Shown in pieces: positions 1 to 8,493 of a stretch of 64,000 nucleotides of DNA. The first letter of the stretch is position 1; every line of letters begins with the position of its first letter. The notes beneath the pieces are model-generated. The model was not told the origin of the DNA and searched no databases. It saw only the letters and a list, made by a program, of their open reading frames with translations. Source of the DNA: a virus (lineage: Duplodnaviria > Heunggongvirae > Uroviricota > Caudoviricetes); the IMG/VR virus record IMGVR_UViG_3300028833_000055, positions 32,001 to 96,000 of that record; one strand, 5' to 3'. The position numbers were made by a program, and so were the translations under genes.

Positions 1-350
1 CCCACGGGTATATCGACATTGTATGACTTCCCCATAAGGGAAATTGTCTTCTTGCATCCGTGATACGCCTCCTCTATCGTAATCGACAGCTTCACGTTGA
101 TGTCGGCGGGTCTTCTCATACCTCCGAAGAAACTGAACCTCCTTCCGCCGCCTCTTCTCATATCGTCGTATTCACGCCTCTTGTCGTTGTCACCGAGTAT
201 GGAATACGCCTCGTTTATCTCCTTGAACATAGTGTCGTCACCGTTGTTCTTGTCAGGATGGTATTTGAGACTGAGTTTCCTGAACGCCTTCTTTATTTCT
301 TCGACCGAAGCCTTTTCATCGACCCCGAGTGTGGTATAGTAGTTTTTCAT
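1..350 (-). CDS. dnaJ: DnaJ-domain co-chaperone (partial, runs off window start; not in ORF track)
   Basis: Manual translation from ATG at 350: [35 protein letters not shown]...[13 protein letters not shown]; J-domain with HPD motif, then a G/F-rich linker. Confidence 0.9.
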   Translation of the reverse strand, partial: MKNYYTTLGVDEKASVEEIKKAFRKLSLKYHPDKNNGDDTMFKEINEAYSILGDNDKRREYDDMRRGGGRRFSFFGGMRRPADINVKLSITIEEAYHGCKKTISLMGKSYNVDIPV

Positions 351-356
351 CTTTTA

Positions 357-364
357 CAAAGATA
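357..364 (-). promoter_or_regulatory. Bacteroidota-type -7 promoter element TATCTTTG (host-sigma/early class)
   Basis: Matches TAnnTTTG; 6 nt upstream of the dnaJ ATG; TAGTATCTTTG recurs at 23917 and 48074. Confidence 0.6.
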
Positions 365-367
365 CTA

Positions 368-955
368 TTAACTTTTCAAAAAGTTTAGTATTATTTCCGA
401 AAGTTCCATAGCGTTACCGCTTTTCGAAATGAATACGGTCTCCGGTGTAAGCGCCGGTTCCTCTTCACCGTCATCATACTTTTCCCTTGAAACTCTTTCA
501 AACCACTGGTGGAAACCACCGTCCTCGTCTATGATTTTGGAATTGGTCACACCGAAGTAGTCGAGACAGTCGTTTATACGGTCGTTCCATTCCTTTATAT
601 GTCCGTCCTTTTCAACCGACATCTGTATGTAGTCTCCGTAACCGTATCCTTCACCGATATACAGGAACTCGGGGACATACCCTTCCTTTTTACACACAAG
701 GGTTTCACCGTAGTATAGTTCATATACTCCTTCATCACGCAGTTTGTCGAACATATCGACTTCCTCTCCGTTCCAGTTCATAACTGTTCCGTTCTCCAAG
801 TCTATGTCCCAGACGACCTTTTCGAAATCGGGAGAGTATCCGGTCACCCTTTTCAATGTATCTTCGGTTTCACATCCTTCAATGGTGAACGGATGTTCAT
901 CTTCCGACCAGCAGGGTATATGTACTCTCAATGTCAAAACATTATTTTTCTCCAT
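368..955 (-). CDS. hypothetical protein
   Basis: Long ORF; start moved to MEKNN (955) because a TTTTGTTATTTTTA motif lies just upstream. Confidence 0.7.
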   Translation of the reverse strand: MEKNNVLTLRVHIPCWSEDEHPFTIEGCETEDTLKRVTGYSPDFEKVVWDIDLENGTVMNWNGEEVDMFDKLRDEGVYELYYGETLVCKKEGYVPEFLYIGEGYGYGDYIQMSVEKDGHIKEWNDRINDCLDYFGVTNSKIIDEDGGFHQWFERVSREKYDDGEEEPALTPETVFISKSGNAMELSEIILNFLKS

Positions 956-977
956 AACTTTAAATTTCTTTATAACA

Positions 978-991
978 TAAAAATAACAAAA
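978..991 (-). promoter_or_regulatory. TTTTGTTAT[A/T]TTTA motif (putative middle promoter)
   Basis: Recurs upstream of replication and methylation genes. Confidence 0.55.
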
Positions 992-994
992 AAT

Positions 995-1002
995 CATAAA
1001 TA
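995..1002 (+). promoter_or_regulatory. CATAAATA late promoter
   Basis: Variant of T4 late TATAAATA; heads the 1007-3318 structural/lysis operon. Confidence 0.65.
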
Positions 1003-1006
1003 TAGT

Positions 1007-1213
1007 ATGAAAACGGAACAAGAGGATTTTATATTGAAAAAAATCAGACACTTCCAAGGTACGGTGGAGGATTTCTCGACCTTCTGGAAAAAGAAGTGTG
1101 AGGAAGGCAAGTCTGAAGAAAGCGAGGGGACGAAGGCTCTCAGGAAGAGAAACGACGACCTCAACAAGGCATATACCATAATTCCTGTCAAAAGGGATGA
1201 GGATGAAGAATAA
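1007..1213 (+). CDS. small hypothetical protein
   Basis: ATG (MKTEQ) just after the late promoter; tight spacing to next gene. Confidence 0.55.
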   Translation: MKTEQEDFILKKIRHFQGTVEDFSTFWKKKCEEGKSEESEGTKALRKRNDDLNKAYTIIPVKRDEDEE

Positions 1214-1224
1214 AACCGTAAGAG

Positions 1225-2262
1225 ATGGCGAACACAGAGATTACATTCAAGAAATATAACACCCGTGACGAAATGATTAGCAGTCCGGAGGTGAATGAGG
1301 CTACATTTTCCGTCATAAGAACCACAGGTTGCAATGAAAACGAGAACAACAACAATTCGGGAAACATAAAGGACTTGTATCTTGGTGACACGAAGATGAC
1401 GGATGTGTACAATTCAAGGAAGGAAGGCGAAGATGTAAGGACAACGGTGGAAGTCGGCGGCATACCCGCAGGAACGAAACTTTCGGACTTGACGAATATG
1501 TCTCTCGGAGAAGTGCTTGACAAGATGCTGTTCAAGACATTCTATCCGTCATACACGACACCAACCCTTACGATAACCGGACCGTCCGGCGACTATCTTG
1601 TCGGTTCGTCGTATCCCGAGATAAGCGGATACACTCCGAACAAGGGAAAATATACAAGCTACAACAACGACCTGAACTACGCCGGAGAACCGGTTGAAGG
1701 AAGTTTCGAAGGGATAAACACGACCGGTGGAACGGTCGGTACCGGAACCATAACGATAAAGGGTTCGATAACTTTCTCCGCCGGCCCGACACCGAAGGAC
1801 AGCGATGGAAACAACTATACGAATGAAGGAAGCAACATCCCTTATACCGGAGGAACCGTCAATTCAAACGAGTTGAAGATTTATCCGTACTACGAATGGT
1901 TTGCAACCGGTGAAAGTGTATCGTCGGAAACCGCTCCGACAATAGACTACACATCGTATATTCCATTGAAAGGGTTGGGTGTCGTAAGAAGTATGGGTAT
2001 CACCAAGAAGACGGTTATGTTAGACATAAGTGGTGGTGACATCGCACACAAACAGACGATAAAGGTTCCGGGTGTAATTGAAAACGTGAAGGTTCTGGTT
2101 CAAGGAAACTGGCAGAACTACAACTTTTCGGACTTGTATGATGACAGTGGAACCGAAACGATAAACAATAAAACTTATCACATATACACTATGAGGGATA
2201 TCGCTTATCCGGATGGTGGAAGTTTTGGTGGAAGCCGTTTGAAATTCGATGTAATACCGTAA
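1225..2262 (+). CDS. putative virion structural (tail/fibre-associated) protein
   Basis: T/G/S-rich beta-type composition; VGGIPAGT...L..ML motif; late operon. Confidence 0.55.
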   Translation: MANTEITFKKYNTRDEMISSPEVNEATFSVIRTTGCNENENNNNSGNIKDLYLGDTKMTDVYNSRKEGEDVRTTVEVGGIPAGTKLSDLTNMSLGEVLDKMLFKTFYPSYTTPTLTITGPSGDYLVGSSYPEISGYTPNKGKYTSYNNDLNYAGEPVEGSFEGINTTGGTVGTGTITIKGSITFSAGPTPKDSDGNNYTNEGSNIPYTGGTVNSNELKIYPYYEWFATGESVSSETAPTIDYTSYIPLKGLGVVRSMGITKKTVMLDISGGDIAHKQTIKVPGVIENVKVLVQGNWQNYNFSDLYDDSGTETINNKTYHIYTMRDIAYPDGGSFGGSRLKFDVIP

Positions 2263-2277
2263 TTAAAAACAAGATAT

Positions 2278-2610
2278 ATGAGCAAGATAAAAGGTGTATA
2301 TAAAAGTGCAGACATCATAGAGGTGATAACATCCCACCCGTTAGACCCGAGAGTAAAATGGGACAGCTGGGATTCTCTCACAACACCGGTCGACTGGCCA
2401 CAAAACAGTGAGGGGAAACCGTATCTTTACGCTGGTTTGATTGTGTCGGTAAACGAAGGAAACTCTTCGTCTCCGGACTGGGAGATGTATATTTTGAACG
2501 ACAGTTCCAAATGGGACATACCTTTCGGAGAAGAAGGAAGCGGATGGAAAAAGATTGTCACCGGAGACAACAGTCTGTTCTGGGAGGATGAAACTTCCGA
2601 TTCGGACTAA
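2278..2610 (+). CDS. putative tail-associated structural protein
   Basis: PLDPR...YxGLIVSV pattern typical of phage tail-associated domains; late operon. Confidence 0.45.
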   Translation: MSKIKGVYKSADIIEVITSHPLDPRVKWDSWDSLTTPVDWPQNSEGKPYLYAGLIVSVNEGNSSSPDWEMYILNDSSKWDIPFGEEGSGWKKIVTGDNSLFWEDETSDSD

Positions 2611-2622
2611 ATATAATATAAA

Positions 2623-3318
2623 ATGAGTATTATGAAATTTGTGGTTTTACTTGATAACGGACACGGTTCGGACACACCTGGCAAAAGAAGTCTCGTACTT
2701 CCGGACGGAAGGCAACTTTTCGAATACAAATGGTGCCGTGATACCGTAGCCGTACTCGCAAAGAAACTTGAAAATCTTGGAATAGAGTATAAGATAATAA
2801 CACCCGAACTTACCGACACACCCCTTTCAACCCGTGTCAAGAGGGCAAACGACTTTGACACACAGGCGAAGAAGGAAGGAAAGACCACAGTATTCATCTC
2901 CATTCACGTAAACGCACTCGGAATGGGAGACAAGTGGATGAATGCACAAGGATGGTCAACCTGGACAACGAAGGGGCAGACAAAGGCGGACCCCTTTGCA
3001 CAGTGCATCTGTGATGAGGCGAAACCATATCTCGAATCTCACGGTTTGAAGATGCGTGCAGACAAGTCGGACGGTGACAGTGACTATGAAGCAAACTACT
3101 ATGTGTTGAAAAACACCAATATGCCCGCCACATTGAGCGAGAACTTCTTTATGGACAACGAGAAGGACTGCGAGTTCCTCCTTATGCCGGAAAGTAATGA
3201 AATCTGTGCCGAAATCCACGCCCGTGGTATAGTCAGATATATGAAGTCTCTCGGTCTTTGGGAAGAGGTGGCGGACAAAACCGCTGGAGGAGACTTCCAC
3301 AAATGCAGTCTAGTCTAA
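2623..3318 (+). CDS. N-acetylmuramoyl-L-alanine amidase (Amidase_3; endolysin candidate)
   Basis: LDNGHG, downstream E, FISIHVNA, TLSENFFMDN zinc/catalytic motifs. Confidence 0.9.
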   Translation: MSIMKFVVLLDNGHGSDTPGKRSLVLPDGRQLFEYKWCRDTVAVLAKKLENLGIEYKIITPELTDTPLSTRVKRANDFDTQAKKEGKTTVFISIHVNALGMGDKWMNAQGWSTWTTKGQTKADPFAQCICDEAKPYLESHGLKMRADKSDGDSDYEANYYVLKNTNMPATLSENFFMDNEKDCEFLLMPESNEICAEIHARGIVRYMKSLGLWEEVADKTAGGDFHKCSLV

Positions 3319-3322
3319 AAAC

Positions 3323-3350
3323 AAAAGGTTGGGAAAACTCTCAACCTTTT
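3323..3350. terminator. bidirectional intrinsic terminator
   Basis: AAAAGGTTG-loop-CAACCTTTT between convergent genes. Confidence 0.7.
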
Positions 3351-3394
3351 CATCTTTATATGGTCGGAAAAATTTCAAATTATTCCGACTTTTT

Positions 3395-4852
3395 TTATTT
3401 TTCTATGTCATTGGCCGACATCTGCTGTATTGAAACGCCTATGTTCGTACATTCCGTAAGAACCGATATGTCGTACTGATGGTTGTCTATAATCGTAGGA
3501 GTACTTCCGGCACCCGGTTTCACCACAACGATTGAATTTCCACCACCGAGTCCGTTCATAGAAGATTCGTCCAAATCCTCGTCGGTCCTTCTCCTGTTGA
3601 ACACATTCACCTGAACCGGAGGATTGTCCGTAAAGATACTACCGAGTCTCTTTCCGTACTTGTGGACATACTCCTCGCCGAAAGTCCTGCTGCTCTTCTT
3701 GACGGTAGTCGTGTTATCCTCCGTGTTGATTATCCTCAATGTATCGACTATGGTGAAACTTACATCTAGATTGGCGTACATACAGACCGGTCTGTAAACT
3801 ATACTCTCGTCTATCTCGTTGTCATCCTCGTTGTACGAAAGGTTAACAAGATGGTATTCGGAGTGTGTCTTCAGTATTCTGGGTTCTGTTTCGTTTGAGA
3901 ACACACAGTTCTCGTACAGTTCTATCTCGTGCATTATGATGAAGTTCGTCGGATTGGCGTCCATACTGTAGATGAAATCGGAGAACGATATTGACTTTGC
4001 ACCGCCGGCGTTGACGGAAGCGGATATGATAAAGTAGTCGTTGTTCATCTCCGCTGGTTCTATATTGATTGAAACCTTCTTGTATGTGTCATAGTACGGA
4101 ACGGTTATGGTGTTCAACTGGATTGTGTTGAGGGTGAGGAAACCTCCGTTTATAAGGGATGATTTCACACCCAGTATGTCGAATGTCAACGGAGTGTCCT
4201 TTTCAAGTTTGCCGAATCTAGATATTTTCTTCAGGAATGTCTTTCCGTTCTGGTTGATTATGAAATTCGTACTCGGTATCTTGAACGACATATGTGTCGT
4301 ATACAGCCTCTGGTTTATCAACATAGGCTTGTCGTTGAGGACAACATCGTCCGTTCTCTTGAAAATGATGTCGGCGAGATTGATTTTATATCCGTCCAAA
4401 TCCTTTATTGAAACTTGAAACACAAGTGATTCGTAGTCTCCGAAATAATCGACCCCCGTGAAATGTATTATGCAAGTGTCGAAATAGACATCACCTGTAT
4501 TGCTCCCCTCGAATTCAACCTCCGTTGTCTTGAACTGTTCGCTGTAAAGTGAATTGTACATCAAGTCCGGTGTGGTTTCATTCTGTATCTTGATGAGTTT
4601 CGTGTCATTCTTGTTCAAGCCAGCAACTGCATTGCTGTAGTTCACACCGGTCTTGTTGTCGTTTCTGCCGTCCCTGAACAGAAGATATTTCTGTCCGTTA
4701 TAGTCGTCTTCCATAACGAACATCTTGTTTTTTCTCTGCAAATCAATGATTCTGTCGGTTGCATCACCGGTCGTGTCACTTTCCATATCCACATACACAT
4801 ACTCCAGAAGTATGTCGGGAGTAAGCTGGTAATATCTCGTCGAATTGGCCAT
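3395..4852 (-). CDS. putative virion structural protein
   Basis: 485-aa ORF; CATAAATA (4881-4888, -) upstream; baseplate neighbourhood. Confidence 0.6.
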   Translation of the reverse strand: MANSTRYYQLTPDILLEYVYVDMESDTTGDATDRIIDLQRKNKMFVMEDDYNGQKYLLFRDGRNDNKTGVNYSNAVAGLNKNDTKLIKIQNETTPDLMYNSLYSEQFKTTEVEFEGSNTGDVYFDTCIIHFTGVDYFGDYESLVFQVSIKDLDGYKINLADIIFKRTDDVVLNDKPMLINQRLYTTHMSFKIPSTNFIINQNGKTFLKKISRFGKLEKDTPLTFDILGVKSSLINGGFLTLNTIQLNTITVPYYDTYKKVSINIEPAEMNNDYFIISASVNAGGAKSISFSDFIYSMDANPTNFIIMHEIELYENCVFSNETEPRILKTHSEYHLVNLSYNEDDNEIDESIVYRPVCMYANLDVSFTIVDTLRIINTEDNTTTVKKSSRTFGEEYVHKYGKRLGSIFTDNPPVQVNVFNRRRTDEDLDESSMNGLGGGNSIVVVKPGAGSTPTIIDNHQYDISVLTECTNIGVSIQQMSANDIEK

Positions 4853-4880
4853 TTGATTTAATTTTATAAAGATTATATAT

Positions 4881-4906
4881 TATTTATGAATGACAAAACA
4901 TAAATA
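4881..4906. promoter_or_regulatory. divergent pair of CATAAATA late promoters
   Basis: TATTTATG at 4881-4888 and CATAAATA at 4899-4906 between divergent genes. Confidence 0.65.
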
Positions 4907-4928
4907 ACTTATAAATCAACAATGAGTA

Positions 4929-6728
4929 ATGGCCAACACTTTTTATTACAACGCTTGTGAAATGGATGCAAAGATGTCTCCGGTTTCATATGTGGAACAA
5001 ATCAATAAATCCGTCATAGACGAAGGTACCGACGGAAACGGATTGAGGTTCTACGGGAGTGCATCCGACAGAAAACTTTACGCCCCTTCGGCCATTATGA
5101 ACGAAAATGTCGCCATAAACTACAGAAGCATATACAACTCGTATCCGTCCTATGCAAAGAACGTGGCGTTTACCGACTACGACGACTATCTGAAGTGCAT
5201 ACAGAAGGATGAAATGAACCTCAAATGGTTGAAGGCGAAGCAGAACCCGACATATAAGAATATCATATTGTGGTACGGAGACCCTCTGTTCGACCCTTAT
5301 GGTCTGGCCGCATACAAGATGCAGGACTTCATCTACCTGAAATATTACAACCAGATACCGAACAACTATATGGTCACACTCCGCCGATACACGAGACCTT
5401 GTGTTGACAATATGTTCGGTCTCGACTACGATGCGGCCGTGTCAAACGCTATGAACGGAAACCCCGAAAGTTATTTCGCCCTCGCCACGGCTGTGACTTA
5501 TATGGGTGACAAAGCCGGAAACAAACTCTCCGAAATATTGAAGTTCGACTACGGTATGAACTGGGAGGACAAAGAGGCGAAGGTGGAGACACTCAAAAAT
5601 TCGGACGGTGGTCTTGCTCAACAGTTGCAACAGAACGGTGTACGACAAAGACCGAAGGCTACCGAAAGTATGATGTCCGCCACAACCGACAGAATGGGTA
5701 TGAGAAGAAACGCCACCGACTCGATAAGGCAGGCTCTTGTATTCTCGGCGGCGGTACAAGGTAAGGGAAAAAGTGTGAATGATGCAAATGCAAGTATGCA
5801 CGCATATGAAGGCGACGAGTTCGCCGCAAGATACGGTGAGGAGTTCTACGGCGATGTCAATGTCGTAAACAAGGTGAAGATGAGAAGCAGGGGTCTGACA
5901 TTCACAAATTCATTCTCACTTAATTTCGAATATTCACTCAAATCGTTGAAATGTGTGAACCCGAGGGTCGCTATGCTTGACATTCTCGGAAACTTTATGA
6001 TACTCACCGGTAACTACGGTAACTTCTGGGGTGGTGCAACATTGTTCTACGGACAGCACAGCATAGCACCACAGTACGGAGACCCCGAACTGTTAAGAAA
6101 AGGACAATACGGAAAATATCTGCATTCATTGTGGGATGACGTGAAAACCGGTTATGAAAGACTTGCTACAAAGGAAAACGGTGAAAAGGGAGGTTTTCTC
6201 ACGGCATTGGGAAATATAGCGAAGGGAGGTTTTCAGGACTTAATCGGAAACCTGCTCGGCGGTAATGTCGGTGTCGCCGGTACAGCCCAAGCGCCACCGG
6301 CACTTTTGAGTGGTAATCCGTCAGGATACTGGCATGTCACTGTCGGAAACCCTCTCGACCCGATTGCAATGATGGGAAATATGTGTGTGACAAAGACTTC
6401 GGTACAGTTCAATGACATTTTAGGATATGACGATTTCCCGACGGAAATCAAGTTCACAGTCGAACTCGAACACGGAAGAGCGAGAGACAACGCCTTCATA
6501 CAAAGTATGTTCAACGCCGGTAAAGGTAGAATCTACTCCTTCAACAACAAGGGTCTCGAAGACGCTATGCACAATGTGGATGTTCTGAATAACTTCCAGG
6601 TTAACGCCGACCAGAACAAACAGGAAATGAGTGTAACATACGATAAGAACGGAATACCTCAGAATGTAGGTGGAAGAATGGTCGGTCTCGACCAGATGAA
6701 AGTTATGGGTGGCAATTTATATAACTAA
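4929..6728 (+). CDS. putative baseplate/tail-tube initiator protein (gp48/gp54-like fold)
   Basis: C-terminal MCVTKTSVQFN..GYDDFPTEIKFTVELE resembles tube-fold proteins; precedes gp53- and gp5-like genes. Confidence 0.5.
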   Translation: MANTFYYNACEMDAKMSPVSYVEQINKSVIDEGTDGNGLRFYGSASDRKLYAPSAIMNENVAINYRSIYNSYPSYAKNVAFTDYDDYLKCIQKDEMNLKWLKAKQNPTYKNIILWYGDPLFDPYGLAAYKMQDFIYLKYYNQIPNNYMVTLRRYTRPCVDNMFGLDYDAAVSNAMNGNPESYFALATAVTYMGDKAGNKLSEILKFDYGMNWEDKEAKVETLKNSDGGLAQQLQQNGVRQRPKATESMMSATTDRMGMRRNATDSIRQALVFSAAVQGKGKSVNDANASMHAYEGDEFAARYGEEFYGDVNVVNKVKMRSRGLTFTNSFSLNFEYSLKSLKCVNPRVAMLDILGNFMILTGNYGNFWGGATLFYGQHSIAPQYGDPELLRKGQYGKYLHSLWDDVKTGYERLATKENGEKGGFLTALGNIAKGGFQDLIGNLLGGNVGVAGTAQAPPALLSGNPSGYWHVTVGNPLDPIAMMGNMCVTKTSVQFNDILGYDDFPTEIKFTVELEHGRARDNAFIQSMFNAGKGRIYSFNNKGLEDAMHNVDVLNNFQVNADQNKQEMSVTYDKNGIPQNVGGRMVGLDQMKVMGGNLYN

Positions 6729-6734
6729 TGTAAT

Positions 6735-7142
6735 ATGGACAAGATATTGGATAAAAAGAGAAGAACCACATCCGATGACGGGGATGAAATGTTGGAACTC
6801 GGAATACCTTGTGTGAATATAAACAAGATAACCGCCAACGGTGTAATCCGTGTATCACAGGACCAGAAGGGAAGAATAGACAGGTTCTCGCAGTTGAACG
6901 TGGGTGAGGACAGAATGTCCATAGACCTCGTTATGTACTACAACCATATATTCAATCCGTTTTCAATAGACGAGGGTGACATTATCTTCACGCCTCTGTA
7001 CAGTGAAAATTGCTTGAAATCCACGGGTGAACCGGTACTTCCCGATGGAAGCAAACCGTCAACCAAGGCAAGTGGTGAGAAGGAACTGACATATGCAGAA
7101 AAGGTAGAAAGGGCGGCAAGAACCGGATTGGGAGTTAGATAA
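6735..7142 (+). CDS. baseplate wedge protein (gp53/LysM-like)
   Basis: GRIDRFS...LVMYYNHIFNPFSIDEGDIIFTP pattern; upstream of gp5-like gene. Confidence 0.65.
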   Translation: MDKILDKKRRTTSDDGDEMLELGIPCVNINKITANGVIRVSQDQKGRIDRFSQLNVGEDRMSIDLVMYYNHIFNPFSIDEGDIIFTPLYSENCLKSTGEPVLPDGSKPSTKASGEKELTYAEKVERAARTGLGVR

Positions 7143-7144
7143 TT

Positions 7145-7819
7145 ATGGAATCAGGAATAGTTATTGACAATTTCGACCCGATATTCAAGGGGAGATGTAA
7201 GATAAGGGTGTATGGAAGACACACCGAAACTGTCGGTGGTGAATATGTGATACTTGATGATGACCTTCCGTGGGCAAAACCTGCCATCGCCGGTGGTTCA
7301 TTCAAAGTACCCAAGATTGGACAAAGGGTTTCCGTCCAAGTGGTAGACCCCTATACCATCCTTTATTATGGACCGGTTACGACCGACTGTGGTGTACAAG
7401 ACATTCTGTATGAAAACGCAGATGACTGTGAAAACGCACAGATACTTCTTGTGGATGGTGAAATCGGAGGGGACTATGTGAAGATATACTATATTCCGGA
7501 AGAAGGTCTCGACATAGAGTGTCACGGACACAAGATATGCCTTACCAAATACGACGGACTGAAGATAGAGGCGAAGAACGGGGCGAAGATAACAATAGAC
7601 GAGAGTAGCAAGGATATAAACATAGACACTACAGGAAACATAAATCTGAACTGTGCCAATATAAACCTTTCAAACGAGGCTACAGAGAAACTGATACTCG
7701 GAAGCAGACTTATGGAGGTTTTCAACAACCATACACATTTCTGTCCCGGAGGAACCACCAACACACCTACGGAAAAACTTACCCCGAAGGATTTTTCGAA
7801 AAAGATAAAGATAGGATAA
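7145..7819 (+). CDS. baseplate hub/spike protein (gp5/GpV N-terminal OB fold)
   Basis: DP..KGRCKIRVYG...LPWA...VPKIGQRV, beta-helix repeats, C-terminal NNHTH tip motif. Confidence 0.8.
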   Translation: MESGIVIDNFDPIFKGRCKIRVYGRHTETVGGEYVILDDDLPWAKPAIAGGSFKVPKIGQRVSVQVVDPYTILYYGPVTTDCGVQDILYENADDCENAQILLVDGEIGGDYVKIYYIPEEGLDIECHGHKICLTKYDGLKIEAKNGAKITIDESSKDINIDTTGNINLNCANINLSNEATEKLILGSRLMEVFNNHTHFCPGGTTNTPTEKLTPKDFSKKIKIG

Positions 7820-7820
7820 A

Positions 7821-7828
7821 CATAAATA
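7821..7828 (+). promoter_or_regulatory. CATAAATA late promoter
   Basis: Exact motif 24 nt upstream of ATG 7853. Confidence 0.6.
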
Positions 7829-7852
7829 CAATACATACAAAAAGAAAAGATT

Positions 7853-8461
7853 ATGATTAAAAAATTTGAAGAATTTACATCACATCCAAGAAAATATGGA
7901 AAAAGGGTAGTATCCGAATCGAGAACGAGATTATCTATTGGTGATGCTTTTGACAAGATGGAAGTTGCTACAAAATGTTTGAGCACTCTCTATAATCTTT
8001 ATCGGGAGGCCGAAAATTTTAGAATACAAGAAAAAATAGAGGACACTTTTGAGGATTTGGATGAAAACTGGTGTTGTTCAAACGGTGATATCTTATTATA
8101 TTTGGCCGCCTGCTGGGCTGAATATGAACCAGATACAGAATGCACAATCCAAAACATAGACGAGGTTTCACAAAACGAGGAAATAAAGGAAGACTGTTTT
8201 GCTGGCAGTTGGTTTGAAACACTGTCAGACGAGGCGTATTATTTTATTTGGAATGAGATAAAAAATGACAATCATATTTTTGAAATTATGTCTCAACTTG
8301 TGGATATCTTGAAAAATGAAGAATTTTCCCACGATGGTCGTACAACAATTGCATGGACATTGCACCAGATTGACGAAAATGGGATGAAGGAAAATTTTAT
8401 TGGCGAATTTGTGAAAGCGTTCTTAACAAATGACTGGGTAACATTTTCAGACAACATATAA
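7853..8461 (+). CDS. putative internal head protein (capsid-targeting-like leader MIKKFEEF)
   Basis: N-terminal KKFEEF tag, own late promoter, AT-rich. Confidence 0.55.
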   Translation: MIKKFEEFTSHPRKYGKRVVSESRTRLSIGDAFDKMEVATKCLSTLYNLYREAENFRIQEKIEDTFEDLDENWCCSNGDILLYLAACWAEYEPDTECTIQNIDEVSQNEEIKEDCFAGSWFETLSDEAYYFIWNEIKNDNHIFEIMSQLVDILKNEEFSHDGRTTIAWTLHQIDENGMKENFIGEFVKAFLTNDWVTFSDNI

Positions 8462-8462
8462 C

Positions 8463-8493
8463 AAAAAGGAGATGTTGAACATCTCCTTTTTTT
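8463..8493. terminator. bidirectional intrinsic terminator
   Basis: AAAAAGGAGATG-TTGAA-CATCTCCTTTTTTT. Confidence 0.8.

Noticed and set aside
60-371. + strand ORFs 60-371 and 97-339, plus the many short antisense ORFs in the track
   Set aside because: They are shadows of genes with clear motifs on the opposite strand (here dnaJ).
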